Positions 51,311 through 64,000 of a DNA stretch of 64,000 bases are shown one piece after another (position 1 is the first letter of the stretch; each line of letters starts with the position of its first letter). The stretch comes from Felis catus (lineage: Eukaryota). The DNA lies in the NCBI RefSeq assembly GCF_018350175.1, contig NC_058368.1, positions 207,578,001 to 207,642,000 of the forward strand. The letters are read 5' to 3'. Both the position numbers and the translations under genes were made by a program. The notes below the pieces were generated by a model. That model saw nothing but the letters and a program-made list of their open reading frames with translations, did not search any database and was not told the DNA's origin.

Positions 51311-52099
51311 GCCTGATTAATTGTGTGCCATTGTAAGAACTGCCACTTGGTTGACAGAGGCCAGGATGACCCTGGAGCCCACAGTTCTGCCCAAGGTGAC
51401 TTCACTTGTTCCCTCTGGATGTCCCCATGCTTGCTGAGGGCCCTCACTCTCCCCTCCACCCAAACTGACCAGAAGCGCTAAGGAAAGAGCAGAATCAGAA
51501 GCTCTGGATGTTTCTATGCTCTCAATCTGGTCACCACTCAAGTGCAACTGTACTGGCCTAGTTTCTCCACCATGGAGATAACATCACTTGGTAACAACGT
51601 TCATCTTTTTCTTCAACAATGTTTAGGGTATTACGAATCTAATCTTTAAAATAGGCCTATGTTAATATAGTACTTCAAAAAAATTAAGCCAATGAGAAAG
51701 AAAGCTAGGTGGTTGTCCAAAAATAAAGGGTGCATTTCCTCTCTACCGCTTTTTGGTTGATCTTCAAAGGAATGCAAGTTTGAAGAAAAGTGCTCTCAAG
51801 TTTTGATGCTGGGGACAAATTCCTGTGTCTGTGAGTCTAACGAGAAAAGGAGTAGGTGAATGTGGCATAGATAAAAACAGGTATTTTTTTTGAGCTTGTC
51901 ACTATTTTTGTGAGCTGGAAACTTGTTTTTAATCTTGCTGCAAAGTTGATTGGAGAGCCTTCAGGAAGCCCTATGAGCACTGAGTGATCTAGGAGAAGTG
52001 GGGTGTATTTTAAGACAGGAACACTCTTTGGTTTTGAAAAGCACAGTTTACACGAGTGTTTTTGATCAGGGAGCATTCAGAGCAGAGGCTTTGTTGTTA

Positions 52100-52290
52100 G
52101 AGAGCCTCGGGATCCAGTAAAAGCTTCAACAGTTACTGTGGGACCCCAAGGAAGGTCCTCAGCCCCCCTCCACCTCAGTTTTCTCATCTGTTCATAAAGA
52201 TAAGTCTACTCTGCTGTTGGGTTATTGTGAGGATTAAACAGAAATGCATGACAAATATTTAGTATGGTTCCTGATATAGCCTAAAGACTC
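52100..52290 (+). mobile_element. MIR
   Basis: cctcagttttctcatctgt...ttattgtgaggattaaa. Confidence 0.7.
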
Positions 52291-53744
52291 AAGTCATTGG
52301 CATCAATTTAATTACATTTTCCCAAGGGGGAAAGGAGAAATGCTCAAATAAAGACCCCATTGATAAATACAGGAGTAGTAGATGGTGGCCATCAAGAGTT
52401 GCCTCAGGTATCAGCCAGTACCAACCACAATGTCGCCCACTTGTCGCAAATATTAAATCCCACTGTGATTTATTTAAACACACGTAAAAGGTTTTCATTA
52501 TCACTATATCAGCTTGATCCTTTGAGATGTTGTATCTCCTTGCATCTCTCTTGCCACATTACTCTTTCTTTCCGTGTGAGATCTACTATTTGTTGACTCA
52601 AGTTTTCCTTTGTTGGTACGGGCTTTTCTTAAATGCGGAGGTTCTTCATTTGTGTGCGTGGGGTACTGGAGATTCAGTTAGATTGTTTGGTGTTTCTGTT
52701 TGTGCAGTCAGATTGGGTGAAGATCCCAAGTTCAGTGGAGCAAGAGGGTGGCTGAGTGTGCTGTAGGGAGGGCACTTTATTGGCTAGTCTTTGCCAAGGA
52801 CGGCCCCTCCCTCCTGGACATTGCAGCGCCTGCAGCTCTGTTCAGATTCCTCGTTATTCTCTCAATTCCTGTTGTGCAGAAATCCAACCACCTTGCTACA
52901 CATGTTTTGTTCCCCCAAGTACTCACCCTGAGCCCCTCCCTACCCCCAGCATTCTCCATCTCTGGGTATAGAGCACTCTGGGTGGGCTCTCATTCTTTTT
53001 CACCCTCTCTCTTGTCTTCCTTTTGGACTTCTGTTTTCTCTTTGAGCTGATCTCTCTTTAAATCTGTCTTTTAGGGATTTCTCATGGCTTCTAGTTCACT
53101 GTGGATTTACTTTCTTGTTTTCCAGTATATTTATGGTTTGCTTATGTGTTTGTTATCACTTTTTCCAATATTTCTACAGATTTGAGGTAAGAGAGCTTAC
53201 TACAGCATGTAGTCAGCCTGTCATCTTGACTGGGAACTTTTAATCATGTATCTAAGAGGAAAAATATTAATAGGACCTTTAACCATTATAAAGTATCAAT
53301 ATCAGAAAAAATACCCAACGGGTCATCTTAAAGGAATCACCTAATGTTTGGGTTTACACAATGCAAAAAAAAAAACAAAAACAAAAACTGAAAAATTCAA
53401 CCATCCACAAGTATTGGTAATGTGTATATGTCAGTGTAGAGTTTGCATCTAGTAATAAAAAATAAGATAAATGTCCTAAAGAAGCAAATTGTATAGGTTT
53501 TTCACTTTTTGAACTATGTTGCAAGAAAAACAATGTTTACATTAATGAGTATTTCTTTCCTATCCCTAAGAATTTATTAGATCTAAAGATAGAGCTTCTA
53601 GAAAAGTGCTGAGTGCTTTAAATGACATGTAATTTATTATTGGGAATTTAAAAAGTTTTATATTCTTCAGAGAAAGGTTTTTCTTAGATTCCAGACTTAT
53701 GGTATAAATGCTAGCAGGGTATAAGCTTGAATCAAAGTCAACTA

Positions 53745-53970
53745 GGGGCGCCTGGGTGGCGCAGTCGGTTGAGCCTCCGACTTCAGCCAGGTCACGATCT
53801 CGCGGTCCGTGAGTTCGAGCCCCGCGTCAGGCTCTGGGCTGATGGCTTGGAGCCTGGAGCCTGTTTCCGATTCTGTGTCTCCCTCTCTCTCTGCCCCTCC
53901 CCCGTTCATGCTCTGTCTCTCTCTGTCCCAAAAATAAATAAACGTTGGAAAAAAAAAAAAAAAAAAAAAA
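53745..53970 (+). mobile_element. Young SINEC_Fc
   Basis: Pure A22 tail; perfect 12-bp TSD caaagtcaacta (53733-53744, 53971-53982); CpGs intact. Confidence 0.96.
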
Positions 53971-54927
53971 CAAAGTCAACTAAAGCTGGGTCAATACTGC
54001 TTTTACTTAAAGTGTTTTCCATTTAGTGGGAAAAAAAATGAATGTAAATTGGTATTGAAAGATGTCCATGGGATAGAGATTAATTAACTTCTGATAAATG
54101 AGCTAGAGGTGATTTCTATAAATTTTTATAACTATGTCAGAACAGGTTGTGTATCATCTCTCACTTTTGAGAGAAAGCACTGGCTCAGAAGCTATATTCA
54201 GCAAGTATCTCTCTATAACACCATTAAAATAAATTTAAGGGCAAAGGGTGAACCATCAAGAAATGTATACATTTACTGAAGAGATTTTTTTTCCACACCA
54301 GTAAATTGATGTAAGTTACTTCAGCATCTTGATTCAACAAAGAATATTAAAGGAAAATCCCAGTTTTCAATAATGGTAGCACATTTGATAGCACACTCTG
54401 CAAGCACAAAATTAGTCTTTCCTTCAAATGGACTAATCATTCAATGTGAAAATTCCTTGGAAATTTTCTTGAAAAAGCAAGAAAATTAACATTTTTGTAG
54501 TCTGTGAGTGAACAGAAAAAAGAGACATTTGTATCAATTATACATATTACCCAATAGTTTAGGATTTTCATGTTGAAATGTCTCAAAATAACCCATTTAG
54601 CTTTTGTTTTCAAATTTTCATATTTTAGTAACTTAAAATAATTTAGTCAACAACATTGATTTTATTAAGATAGGTATACCTCTTTGTAGAAGAAAATCAC
54701 CAAACTTTCTTTTGGTTAAAATAATTGAATTGTTTATTATTGTAACTTTTTGTTATTCTATTCAAGTACAGCACTGCAAAATGTTTCAGATTTCACTGAT
54801 CAATTCATTGAATTATAATTCACCTCAAAATTTTGGAAACTATCTGCTTTAGATAGTTTTATGAAAAATATAATCAGATTTTCTGATATGGCCACAAAAT
54901 CAGCCTAGAAAATTCATTTTTATACAG

Positions 54928-55141
54928 TTTTTTAAGTTTATTTATTTATTTTGCGAGAGAGAGAGAAAGCACTCATGCACGTCCAGAGGTAGGGTAGAGA
55001 GGGAGAGAGAAAAATCCCAAGCAGGCTCCCCATTGTCAGTCCAGAGCCTGATAAGGGGCTCAATTCCACAAACTGTGAGATCATGACTTAAGCTGAAATC
55101 AAAAGTCAGATGCGTAACTGACTGAGCCACCCAGGCGCCTC
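54928..55141 (-). mobile_element. SINEC
   Basis: Antisense copy. Confidence 0.9.
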
Positions 55142-55303
55142 GAAAATGAGTTTTTACTACATTACTATGTTCTTTCCAATCGCTGAATATTGGGTTTTCT
55201 TTTAAGTTGCTAAATACAACTAAGTTTGACATTAGATGAAGTAAATTTTCATCACTTCAAAATATCTCACCTGACACCTATTATAAAATTTTCTTTTTAC
55301 CCA

Positions 55304-55510
55304 TCGTTTCTCAAGGCATTGTTTCTGCCAGGGTGGCCTGTGAACCGTCTACACCAGAACAGGCTCAGACACTTCAAAAAACTTAAGACTGCTGCTGCCC
55401 ACCCCCAATTCCATCACCACCATAGCCCTCTTGCTGAATCAGAACTGCTGGCTTTGGGGCCTATGTATCTCCATTTTTAATAACTCGCCCAGGAGATTCT
55501 TATGAACCTG
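55304..55510. mobile_element. MER5A-like MITE
   Basis: gtttctcaa...tgctgaatcagaactgctgg...cattttaa...caggagattcttatg. Confidence 0.65.
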
Positions 55511-57220
55511 ACAATAGAAAAAAAACGAACTCAAATCAGTCTTTCTTTAAATGGCAACTACCATTTTAGATTTTACAAAGTCAAGAACAGATTGTTTCAA
55601 GTGGTGTTAGGAACTCATTTTCCTTAGGAAAGCCCGGGATGGAGTAGGGATCGGAGGGGGGAGATATCAAGGAAAACCAGACAGCTGGTCGCAACCATGC
55701 CAGATTATCTTGTCAGGACACTGGGTTGTCCTGGCGTGCTGCTCGAGCTGGCATTTGGCAGTGGACTTGTGTAGCATCGCAGACGACTCCTGGACAGCAC
55801 TGACTCTCCCATCACGCTGGGAAGCCCAGCTGGTCCTCCTGTAAGAGGCAGGTACCCTTAAGATAGGTCCTAGCAGACCAAATGCTCACATGACATTGGT
55901 TTTCAGCTGTAACTAACAACACCTTGAATACGACCACTTTCCTTCCTGGACCAGAGTTTGGAAATACCCACAGAGGGAAACATGTCAAGAGGAGGCATAG
56001 GGTCTTGGAAGACAGACTTTGTCAGTTTAGTTTGGCTTAGAGCTAGGGCTGCCTACAGTGTGTTTCCTTTTTTCCTGGGAAGACAATTCTGCCTCAGTGA
56101 CACTTGAGGTTAATGAAATTTTCCTGAAACACCTAGAAAAACTAATAACAACAAATAGAAAAAGAAACAATACCACAAAAGTGTGCGAGACCCAGATACC
56201 AACTGCTGTAAAAGAAAGTAGTGGCATAAAGAAAGCCTTCTCTTATCCATTTCTCTACCTCCAGCTGGACACTGTATTCTACCAAATGTTTGACATCACC
56301 CACATACCAAGGACCCTGACCTTTGAAGGGCTTTAGCTATGGCTCCTTATCTTCTCTCTGATTTGGATCTGTGATGACCTAGATAGCAAGGGACACAATA
56401 GTGCTGAAATAAACTCTGTTTTCCCATGTTGTACTTGCATAGGCCACACTAACCCAGGTAAAATGATGTCCATGAGTCTCTTTGAAAGCCTTCTAGTTAA
56501 TCAAAGCTTATATTAAACAAAGACAGAACTTAGGCCCAAGCAAAAGCATCTATTTTTATTGCTCAGAGGCACCTGCACGGTGCCTCTGGAAGCTTCCTCA
56601 AATTTTGGTGAAACCACATGATAGCGGTATATAATATTTGGTCACACCACACACATATGCACACACACATGCATGTTAATGGCATCTGTACGTGCCACCT
56701 GCTCTCCATTCACACCCCCATGGTTTAATGAACAATAAGAAGGTTAATGAGGTTGCAATGGAGATAAAGGGAAAAAAGCAGGAAAAGGTGGGACTGGGAG
56801 GTAAGCAGGGACCAACTGTTATAGGCCATAATCAGCACTTGGAGCTTTTACTAAGTGTGAGGGTGATCTGGTCAGATTTGGTATTTGGGAAGGATTGTTC
56901 TAGAAACAATATAAAGTAGTCGGAGACCGTTGCAGTAATCCAGGCAGGGGCTTGTACTAGACAGGTGGCAGTAGAAATCAGGAAAGAGAATAGATAGATT
57001 AGAAAATGAGGCATTAGCTCTGTGGGAGGACCATGATTTTTATTTTGAACGTATTCAATTAGAAAAGGCTTTGGTGTTTCAAATACACAGGTAGTTATAA
57101 GGGTCTGGAGCTCATAATAACTTGAGTTCTCTCTCTACATTGTTGACATGTCAGCCTGCTTCTTGTGAGCCAATGCTTTTCTGAGTTTTTACATTTCATC
57201 TGATAGACTACTATCTAGAT

Positions 57221-57418
57221 CTGTACTGTCCACTACAGCAGCCACTAGCTACAGGGGGCTGCTAAAATTGAAATTAATTAAAATTGAAAATTCAGTTCCT
57301 AAGTTGCACCGACCACATTTTATATACTCGATAGCCAACAGTGTCTAATGATTATAGTACATGACAGCCCAGATACTAAACATGTCCATCATTCCAGAAC
57401 ATTCTACCAAACAGTGCT
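57221..57418 (-). mobile_element. MER3-like MITE
   Basis: Same architecture as 4964-5170. Confidence 0.75.
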
Positions 57419-59739
57419 AATCTAATGACCTGCTGGTCTCTCAGCTACATCTATGAAACTGAATTAACATTTCCTGCAATATCATACCAGTTACATTCTA
57501 TATGGTTTTAGTTATTTCTGTGCCTGAACCCTTGTGTGTTGTGAGTTCCATAAAAGCAAGGACCATGCCCTACTCATTCTCAAGCCCCTCACAGTGTGCT
57601 TAGCAAGTACTTTGTACTATATGCTTAGCTAGCACTGGTTGAATAAATGAGTGAGTAACTGAGTAAGCCAATATCTAAAATTCTGTTTCAAAAACATATA
57701 GAAAAAAAAAACAGAGAAAAATAATCACTTTGGTATCTCTAACTTAGATTTTATGCTGATGATATAGCTACTAAAAATTGAAAATCAGAGTAATATAACC
57801 TGGCTTATAAGAGAGCTTCATATGAGAGTTTATCACACATAATTATAACATGATCAGAGGAGAGGAAGGAGAGGTAGAAAGTAGGAGGTGTTCTCCCAAG
57901 CTGCCTTCTGCCCCTACTGCAGTCAGTTTGAACCAGACCAGCATTCAGTGGGTAACATCTACCACCCATTGCCACTTCGTGGAGACAACAGCAGCAATAG
58001 TGTCTGTTGCTATAACATCTCTGCTTCTCTCTGTCTTGAGTTCTGCCTCTAATGGGTCAAAATTGCTGGCCGGATAGCCATAGTTGTGGTGAGAGTTCTA
58101 CCCACATAGTCTTCCTGGTACTGGTCAGTGTCACAATAGGGACTTCCCTAAGAGTCTTAGTCAACATCCAACCTCCATATGCTTCTGCAAAGGATGTCCT
58201 CATCACACCTAAGGATGGGAGGACTGGAATAGGAATTAAGTGTTGATGGAAGGCTTGGGAGGAAGAAGAGGCATAGGAAAATAGAATAGGCAAAGCTTGA
58301 GGAGAAACACACCCCTTCTTCTTTCTTCCAGCCATATGATAGGGTCTGAAATAACTGTCCTCTTTATGCACTAGGAAGAGGAAACTGTAGGTGAGAATCA
58401 GTATTTTGAACATGGTAAACCACTGGGAAATGGTACACTTGTGGATAGTAACAATCATCATGAAGCACTAAGCATGTGCTAGGTGCCATACTAGACCCTA
58501 GAGATCCAACAGAGGTGAGCCGAATGCATCTCTGCTTCCCTGCTTGTCGTGTAAGAGTAGCAAGTCAGTGGGCACCTATACTGGCCCCCGATAAGCCATA
58601 AGGTAGGAAGAACACAGGTTCTGGGTGCCGGGAGACTTAGGTACTCCTGGAGGGTCTAAGGAGAAGGCTTCCTATTGGAGCTGATGCCTAAGCTAAGCCC
58701 CAAGAGTAGGTGTCGCCCAGGCCAGTGAAGAAAGAGGAGAGAGGCCCAGGAGAGGGGCTTGAGGGAGAACGGATGAGCAGGTCAGATGTCCGGGCAGAAG
58801 TGAGAGCTTGGCAGTGCCAAAGTACAGTTTTCTGTAACTTAGAGTATCGGCCAGAGAAGTGTGGGAAGTGAAAAGGTTGCTGGAAAGATAAACTCTACAT
58901 CCTGTTCCCTGTCCCCTAGAACTAGAAAAGATCTCATCTTTTTTTTTTTTTTTCTTTTTCTTATTCTACCCCATGTTTCTTGCTCCTCCACAGGAATCCA
59001 AACCAATCCTGCTGCCGGGCTACAACACAGGGGCTGGTGCAGAGTGGGCTGCTGCACGTGGTCTGGAGCCAGGCAGGCTGCCTTTCATTCATTCCCAAGT
59101 CTGTCCCTCAGTAGCTGCCAGCCTCTGGGCAATTTAATAATTTGCTTGTTTCTTCACCTACAAATGAGAACAATGATGCTACCTACTTTCTACAGTTTTG
59201 GAAGAATTACATGAATACTTCCATAAGTAGAGTTTTTAGTGCCAGGCACCTAGTAAGCACTCTACAAAAGGTTATCCGTTGTTATTATTTTGAACTAAAA
59301 AGGCTCTTGTTCGCTAATGAGGAAATCAACATTTAGCGTACATTTCCACGGGAAGCAATTTACAAACGTTTCTGTGCCCCAACCCGCTGAGAATCAGGGC
59401 TAGGAAGAAGGTTTTAAAGCTCAGTAAGTTTTCTATGTGTTACAGAAGGTGACATTTTTCTTAAAATAAGGGATTTCCTAAGATTATGAAAAAAGTTTCA
59501 GGTATCTATCAGAATACTATTGCAATATGTTAAAAGATTTGGAGAAAAAACCTAAAGATAAGTTTCTTTAAAGATTAAAAAAAAAATTAGCCTCAGTTAT
59601 CAAAAACATAATGACAGGACCTCTGTGTTTTCTTTTTTAATCTTGGTGCAGTTAAAAAAAAAAAAACCTAAGTATCACTATTCTTCTACTTGGATATTGT
59701 ATCAGTACTTCCTTTCTTCTCTCCCCACATTATATCAGT

Positions 59740-59880
59740 ATATTCTTATTCTCCCCATTTTGCAACGAAGACACTGAAGCTCAGAGATTATTAAGTAATT
59801 TGGCCAAAGTTATGCGACTAGTAAGAGATGTAACCAAAATGGAACCCTGAGCCTTTTGACTACAGTCTGAATTTGTACTC
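59740..59880 (-). mobile_element. MIR
   Basis: ccccattttgcaacgaagacactgaagctcagaga...aagtaatttggccaaagt. Confidence 0.75.
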
Positions 59881-59974
59881 TGATATTTGAGCCTTAGCAA
59901 AATTTCATTCCCATAAAGTGCTTGGAACCCTGTAAAGCATGCAGAACACAGTCAATAAAGGCTAGATGATATCT

Positions 59975-60470
59975 TGAAATTGCCCATTGACATTGAGTTC
60001 TGTAGGATATTAATAAATGTTCTAGGGAAAAAGTAATTCAAGTATGTTTGGGAAATCCTGGGTTAAACAAAGTTAAATTCGTTGTTAACTGTAAGGTCTC
60101 TAATACACTACTAGGCATTATGAATATCAAAAATGATAATAGGGGTGCCTGGGTGGCTCAGTAAGCATCTGGCTTCAGCTCAGGTCATGATCTCATGGTT
60201 CACGAGTTTGAGCCCTGCGTAGGGCTCTGTGCTGACAGCTCAGAGCCTGGAGCCTGCTTCAGATTCTGTGTCTCCCTCTCTCTCTGCTCCTCCCCTGCTA
60301 ATGCTCTGTCTCTCTCCCTCCCTAATAAATAAATAAACATTAAATTTTTTTTTAATGAGAGTATAGCTTAAGGCAATTTCCAAATCATATTTGGCCATAG
60401 ACCTTTTTTTTTTCTCTCAAAGTAGTTCAGTAGGACCAATGTTACCAGGAACTAATGATGGAAGACGTTC
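59975..60470. mobile_element. hAT-Charlie MITE interrupted by a SINEC
   Basis: tttgggaaatcctgggttaaacaaagttaaa on the left and tttccaaatcatatttggccatagacc on the right (internal inverted repeats). Confidence 0.6.
60142..60355 (+). mobile_element. SINEC
   Basis: Full copy. Confidence 0.93.
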
Positions 60471-63400
60471 TGTATGAGGTAAATGCAGAGTGGCAGATAA
60501 TACTTATAATTCAAATTCACTGATGACAAATATTTAGCATGTGTGAAAAAAGTTGTTTTACTGTACAGAGCAGAAACAGCATAAAAAGGAACTTGAAGTC
60601 AGTGTTCTAAATCTTAATTTGCTTGATATGGGGAAGCTGAGTGAGAACAGCTTTGCAAAAATATGTCACCAGTCAAGTAGGAAGTGGGCATTCTTGCAGC
60701 TTCTAACAGCTTCAGCCACTTTGTTGTTCAGAGCCAGAGATGCAAGACATCCTACCTCGGAAAGCACACATACACACACCTACAACCCCAAGAACATGAG
60801 CAAGATGATGAAGAGTGTTGGGGATTTTGGTGGCACCCTTTGTGATATACAGATTGAGGTTCAAAAATTTGAAGTAAAGCAATTTCAAAGTTTGAAAAAG
60901 TTGCTGGGGCGGTGGGGGGAGAAATGGTTTTGTATTCCGAATGATTCCCTAATTCTATGACAACGGGTAGTTTGAGTGTTCTGAGTGGTAGCGAACCTCA
61001 TCAGCCCACAGATACTGAATGGGACAATGTAGTTGTGTTTAATGTTGAGAGATTCCATTTGGGGCCCAACTCTATCAACTTTGGGTGACTTTGGCAAGTA
61101 ATTTCTTTGACCACCTTCTCATTTGCAAAACAGGAAGAGAATGTGAATTAGACCACCTCTAAGGTACCTTCCAGCTCTACAAATCTGCGAAATTGAAAGA
61201 AGAAGTAGGTTACATACCTCTTCTTTATGTTAATTCCCAGGAAATACAAACTTCTCTGGATAGCGGGGGCCTTATAAGAAGGCCTGCAGAAAATGATAAA
61301 AAACAATAAATGCTGGAGGTTAGCCACAGCCCCCAGGAAACCAGAAAAGTGTCTAGGCCCTAGCCTGCAGGCTGCTGTGCAATGTTATGAAATTCGGGGT
61401 GATGGTTCTGAAACAGTAATTGTGGGCCATGAAGGCCTGGAAATAATGACAGCTGTCAAAAACCTCTATTCCAGGGTTGCCAGGGCAAAATTCCTGAGAC
61501 AGAGTCCACATTTTTCAATGTCAGAAATGCAATATATATGAGAATGAGAACTGCCTTCCTCTATGGGTGTATAATGCCTAATTGAAATTGTAACCACTCA
61601 GTCTCTGGAAATTAGGCTAGCCTTTTACCTTTCTGGTTTAAGTCCCACCTTTCAAGCTGAAACTTCGCGAGACATTTACCAGTGCCCCTTTTTTCACTGC
61701 CTACACCATCTCAGTTAAAGTGGGCTTGGGAAACCAAACCAAGTGACTAGCACATGAGATGACTTGAATCAGAAAATCAAGAAGTTGTGTTGCTATTCTT
61801 AGTTTACTTTGAACAAAAAACCACATTTCTGAAAAACTCCGATGTTTGCATCTTTGTCTTTGCACGATTTATGATTGTCTTGAGAGATAAACAACATTTA
61901 TCTTTTGAAAGATTGGCACATTCAGAGGAAAGCCGCTCATGATCATTGGTGCCAGAAGAAGACTAATCATAAGATCATTCAAAGCGGCAAGTTATTAAAT
62001 GTTCAGTTGTTTGAAAGTATGGATTTGTTTTTGTTGATGATGTCGAGTATAGTCAAAGTACCTTGCCTTTCCAATCATGTTATTAGGTGGATGTAAAAAT
62101 GTCTTGGGATTCTCTGCATACAAGATGGTAGCTATGAGAAGGCCATGGTGGGGCAGCAGAATGAGCTCTGGTAGAAGGGACACTGCATTGCTGTATTTAG
62201 AGAGAGCTGATCTAGGCTCCGTACCTGCCTCTGGAGCACATAACCCCTGGATCTCATAAACAAAATGAGCTGTTCGGTTCTCCTAAATGCCACTGGCCAT
62301 TGAGGACACACTATTCCTCATTGAACACAACTGTCTTGCCTATCTTGCCTAGTGCAGGAATTTTTGCCTCCTTGACTTCTAGCCACTGGAAAGCTGGTGG
62401 CACTCACGAGCCATCGCAGCAACCGAAAACAGTCCCTCCTCCACTCCCACCCCTAATTCCAAATGCTTCCTTGGAAGCTGGTACTGCCCCACCCCCACTT
62501 GGAACCATGAGCAGATATATCCTGAGGTTCCTTTTTGCCCAGCATCCTATAACGACTGGCCAGGAGAAACAGTGAGCAGTCATAAGACTACAGTTTTACA
62601 CCTCATAGAAACATCTTACATAGCAAGAAAGCTGCACAAAAAGGTGCCCTGACAGTTGAACTCATTATGAAATTACAAAGCAGCAATTCCACATACTTTC
62701 ACAGAAAACTTTTGTCCTTCTTTTCTTGTGATGTCCAGAGAAAGGCAGGGCTTTTTATCCCACTGAGGTCAAAAGAAGCCCCCACTAGTGACAACAATCA
62801 GGCACTCCCGCACTCCAGCCCATGTCAGCCACTCTCATCTCCAAACAGTTTTGATTCAATCTGCCCAGCTATGGCTGGATTGTATCAACTGGAGTCTTCT
62901 CCAAACCCTATCAAATAGATGTCTAACCCACATGCTATTGACGTACTCCCCACTCCACCAAATGGGTCACTTCTGTAATGTTATCTTGGATTCTCCATAA
63001 AGGTTGAACAGTCAGTAGAGAGTCTGCCTGGGAAATGTCCTCCCTATTCTCCCTTCCCACCTCAGGTCCCCTTTTCTTTCCCCTAGCTCAGAGACTTGAC
63101 TATCAACAATTTCCCTCCTTTCTGGGAAGTTAGTGATCAATCTTGCTTACCCCTAGAATCATCCCAGCACACACATGCACACATGCAAACACATGGATGG
63201 GCAAGCAAACATACAGCCATGACTTCTGAGAAATTTTAAGGTACTCCTTTTCATAGAAACAAAACAAAACAAAACACTTGGAGGAACTGTTTCCGTATGG
63301 GGGGGAAGAGTTCTACCTGCATGTTTGCTTAGTTTATCAGTTGTTGATTTTCTGTTTTTGCCGAGTCCCTCCTTAGCTTCTTTCATTTTAGAGAGTAGCA

Positions 63401-64000
63401 TGTATTTTTTCAGTTATTTCACCAATGAGATGCTGAAAAAACGCTCAAAAGGAAGATGTTTAGCTTTTACCTTTTTAGAGCTTTCAAACAAATGAGATGG
63501 GGAGACACAAAGAGAAAGAGGGCACAGTTTTTGGTTTCATGGAATGGTAGAAAGAATATAAGACTTGAATAAGGAAAACAGGATGCTTGTCCCTGAATCT
63601 CCTGATTTTAAGCTCTGTGAATCACTAAACTTATCTAGACCTCAGATTTCTTATCTTTGATCAGAATGGAGGACATTTTTAAGAGGACATCACATAAGAT
63701 ATCATCCTAAGACTAAGTGATTCCCTTCTTCTGTGTTTCTAAGTCCTATGTAGAAGCAAGAAGATGGCCTCATAAAGGTCTATTTATGTCAAACTCGATG
63801 AACTACCCTGGAATAGTAGATTCACAAGAATGTTCAGTTCTACAGTTTTATGGTTCCGTCCTTAGGAACAGAGATTCTTATTCCTTGGTCATCTGCCCCA
63901 TAAGTGGTATAGGGTAGGTGGTCAAAGGCATCTTGCCTTCTTGATGAATCCACTTTGCCTGGTTCCATTCCCTTTCTGGATAGAAAACTGGCCGTCAGCA

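Noticed and set aside
972..60355. Recurring MAQSVKRLTSAQVMI / MPGWRSRLS-type ORFs and tRNA-like heads
   Set aside because: Translations of SINEC copies; neither genes nor tRNA genes.
1..64000. CRISPR arrays, operons or a novel multi-gene system
   Set aside because: Mammalian intronic DNA; the dispersed repeats are explained by known transposon families and no regularly spaced array is present.

Overview
Mammalian genomic DNA from a felid (cat family): the window holds about 26 carnivore tRNA-derived SINEC copies, several of the young SINEC_Fc type, plus carnivore-type L1 3' ends. It is almost entirely intronic or 5' sequence of FYB1 (ADAP/SLAP-130), on the + strand. The only well-supported coding sequence is the large 1162-nt exon at 36104-37265 (acceptor ttgtag, ATG 36131, donor A|gtgag). 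It encodes the proline-rich N-terminal 378 aa, including the SKAP-binding segment; downstream exons are not visible in the window. The rest is interspersed repeats (SINEC, L1, L2, MIR, MLT1, hAT-Charlie MITEs) and microsatellites. I see no evidence for a novel multi-gene system. The leads most worth checking are regulatory or isoform-level: a candidate first exon ending at 20579 that would add an in-frame 25-aa N-terminal extension, a promoter-like motif cluster at ~16.8 kb, a CTCF-like site at ~22.04 kb, circRNA-permissive inverted SINEs around the big exon, and several insertion/repair scars. Repeat subfamily names are from recalled consensus sequences and their boundaries are approximate.
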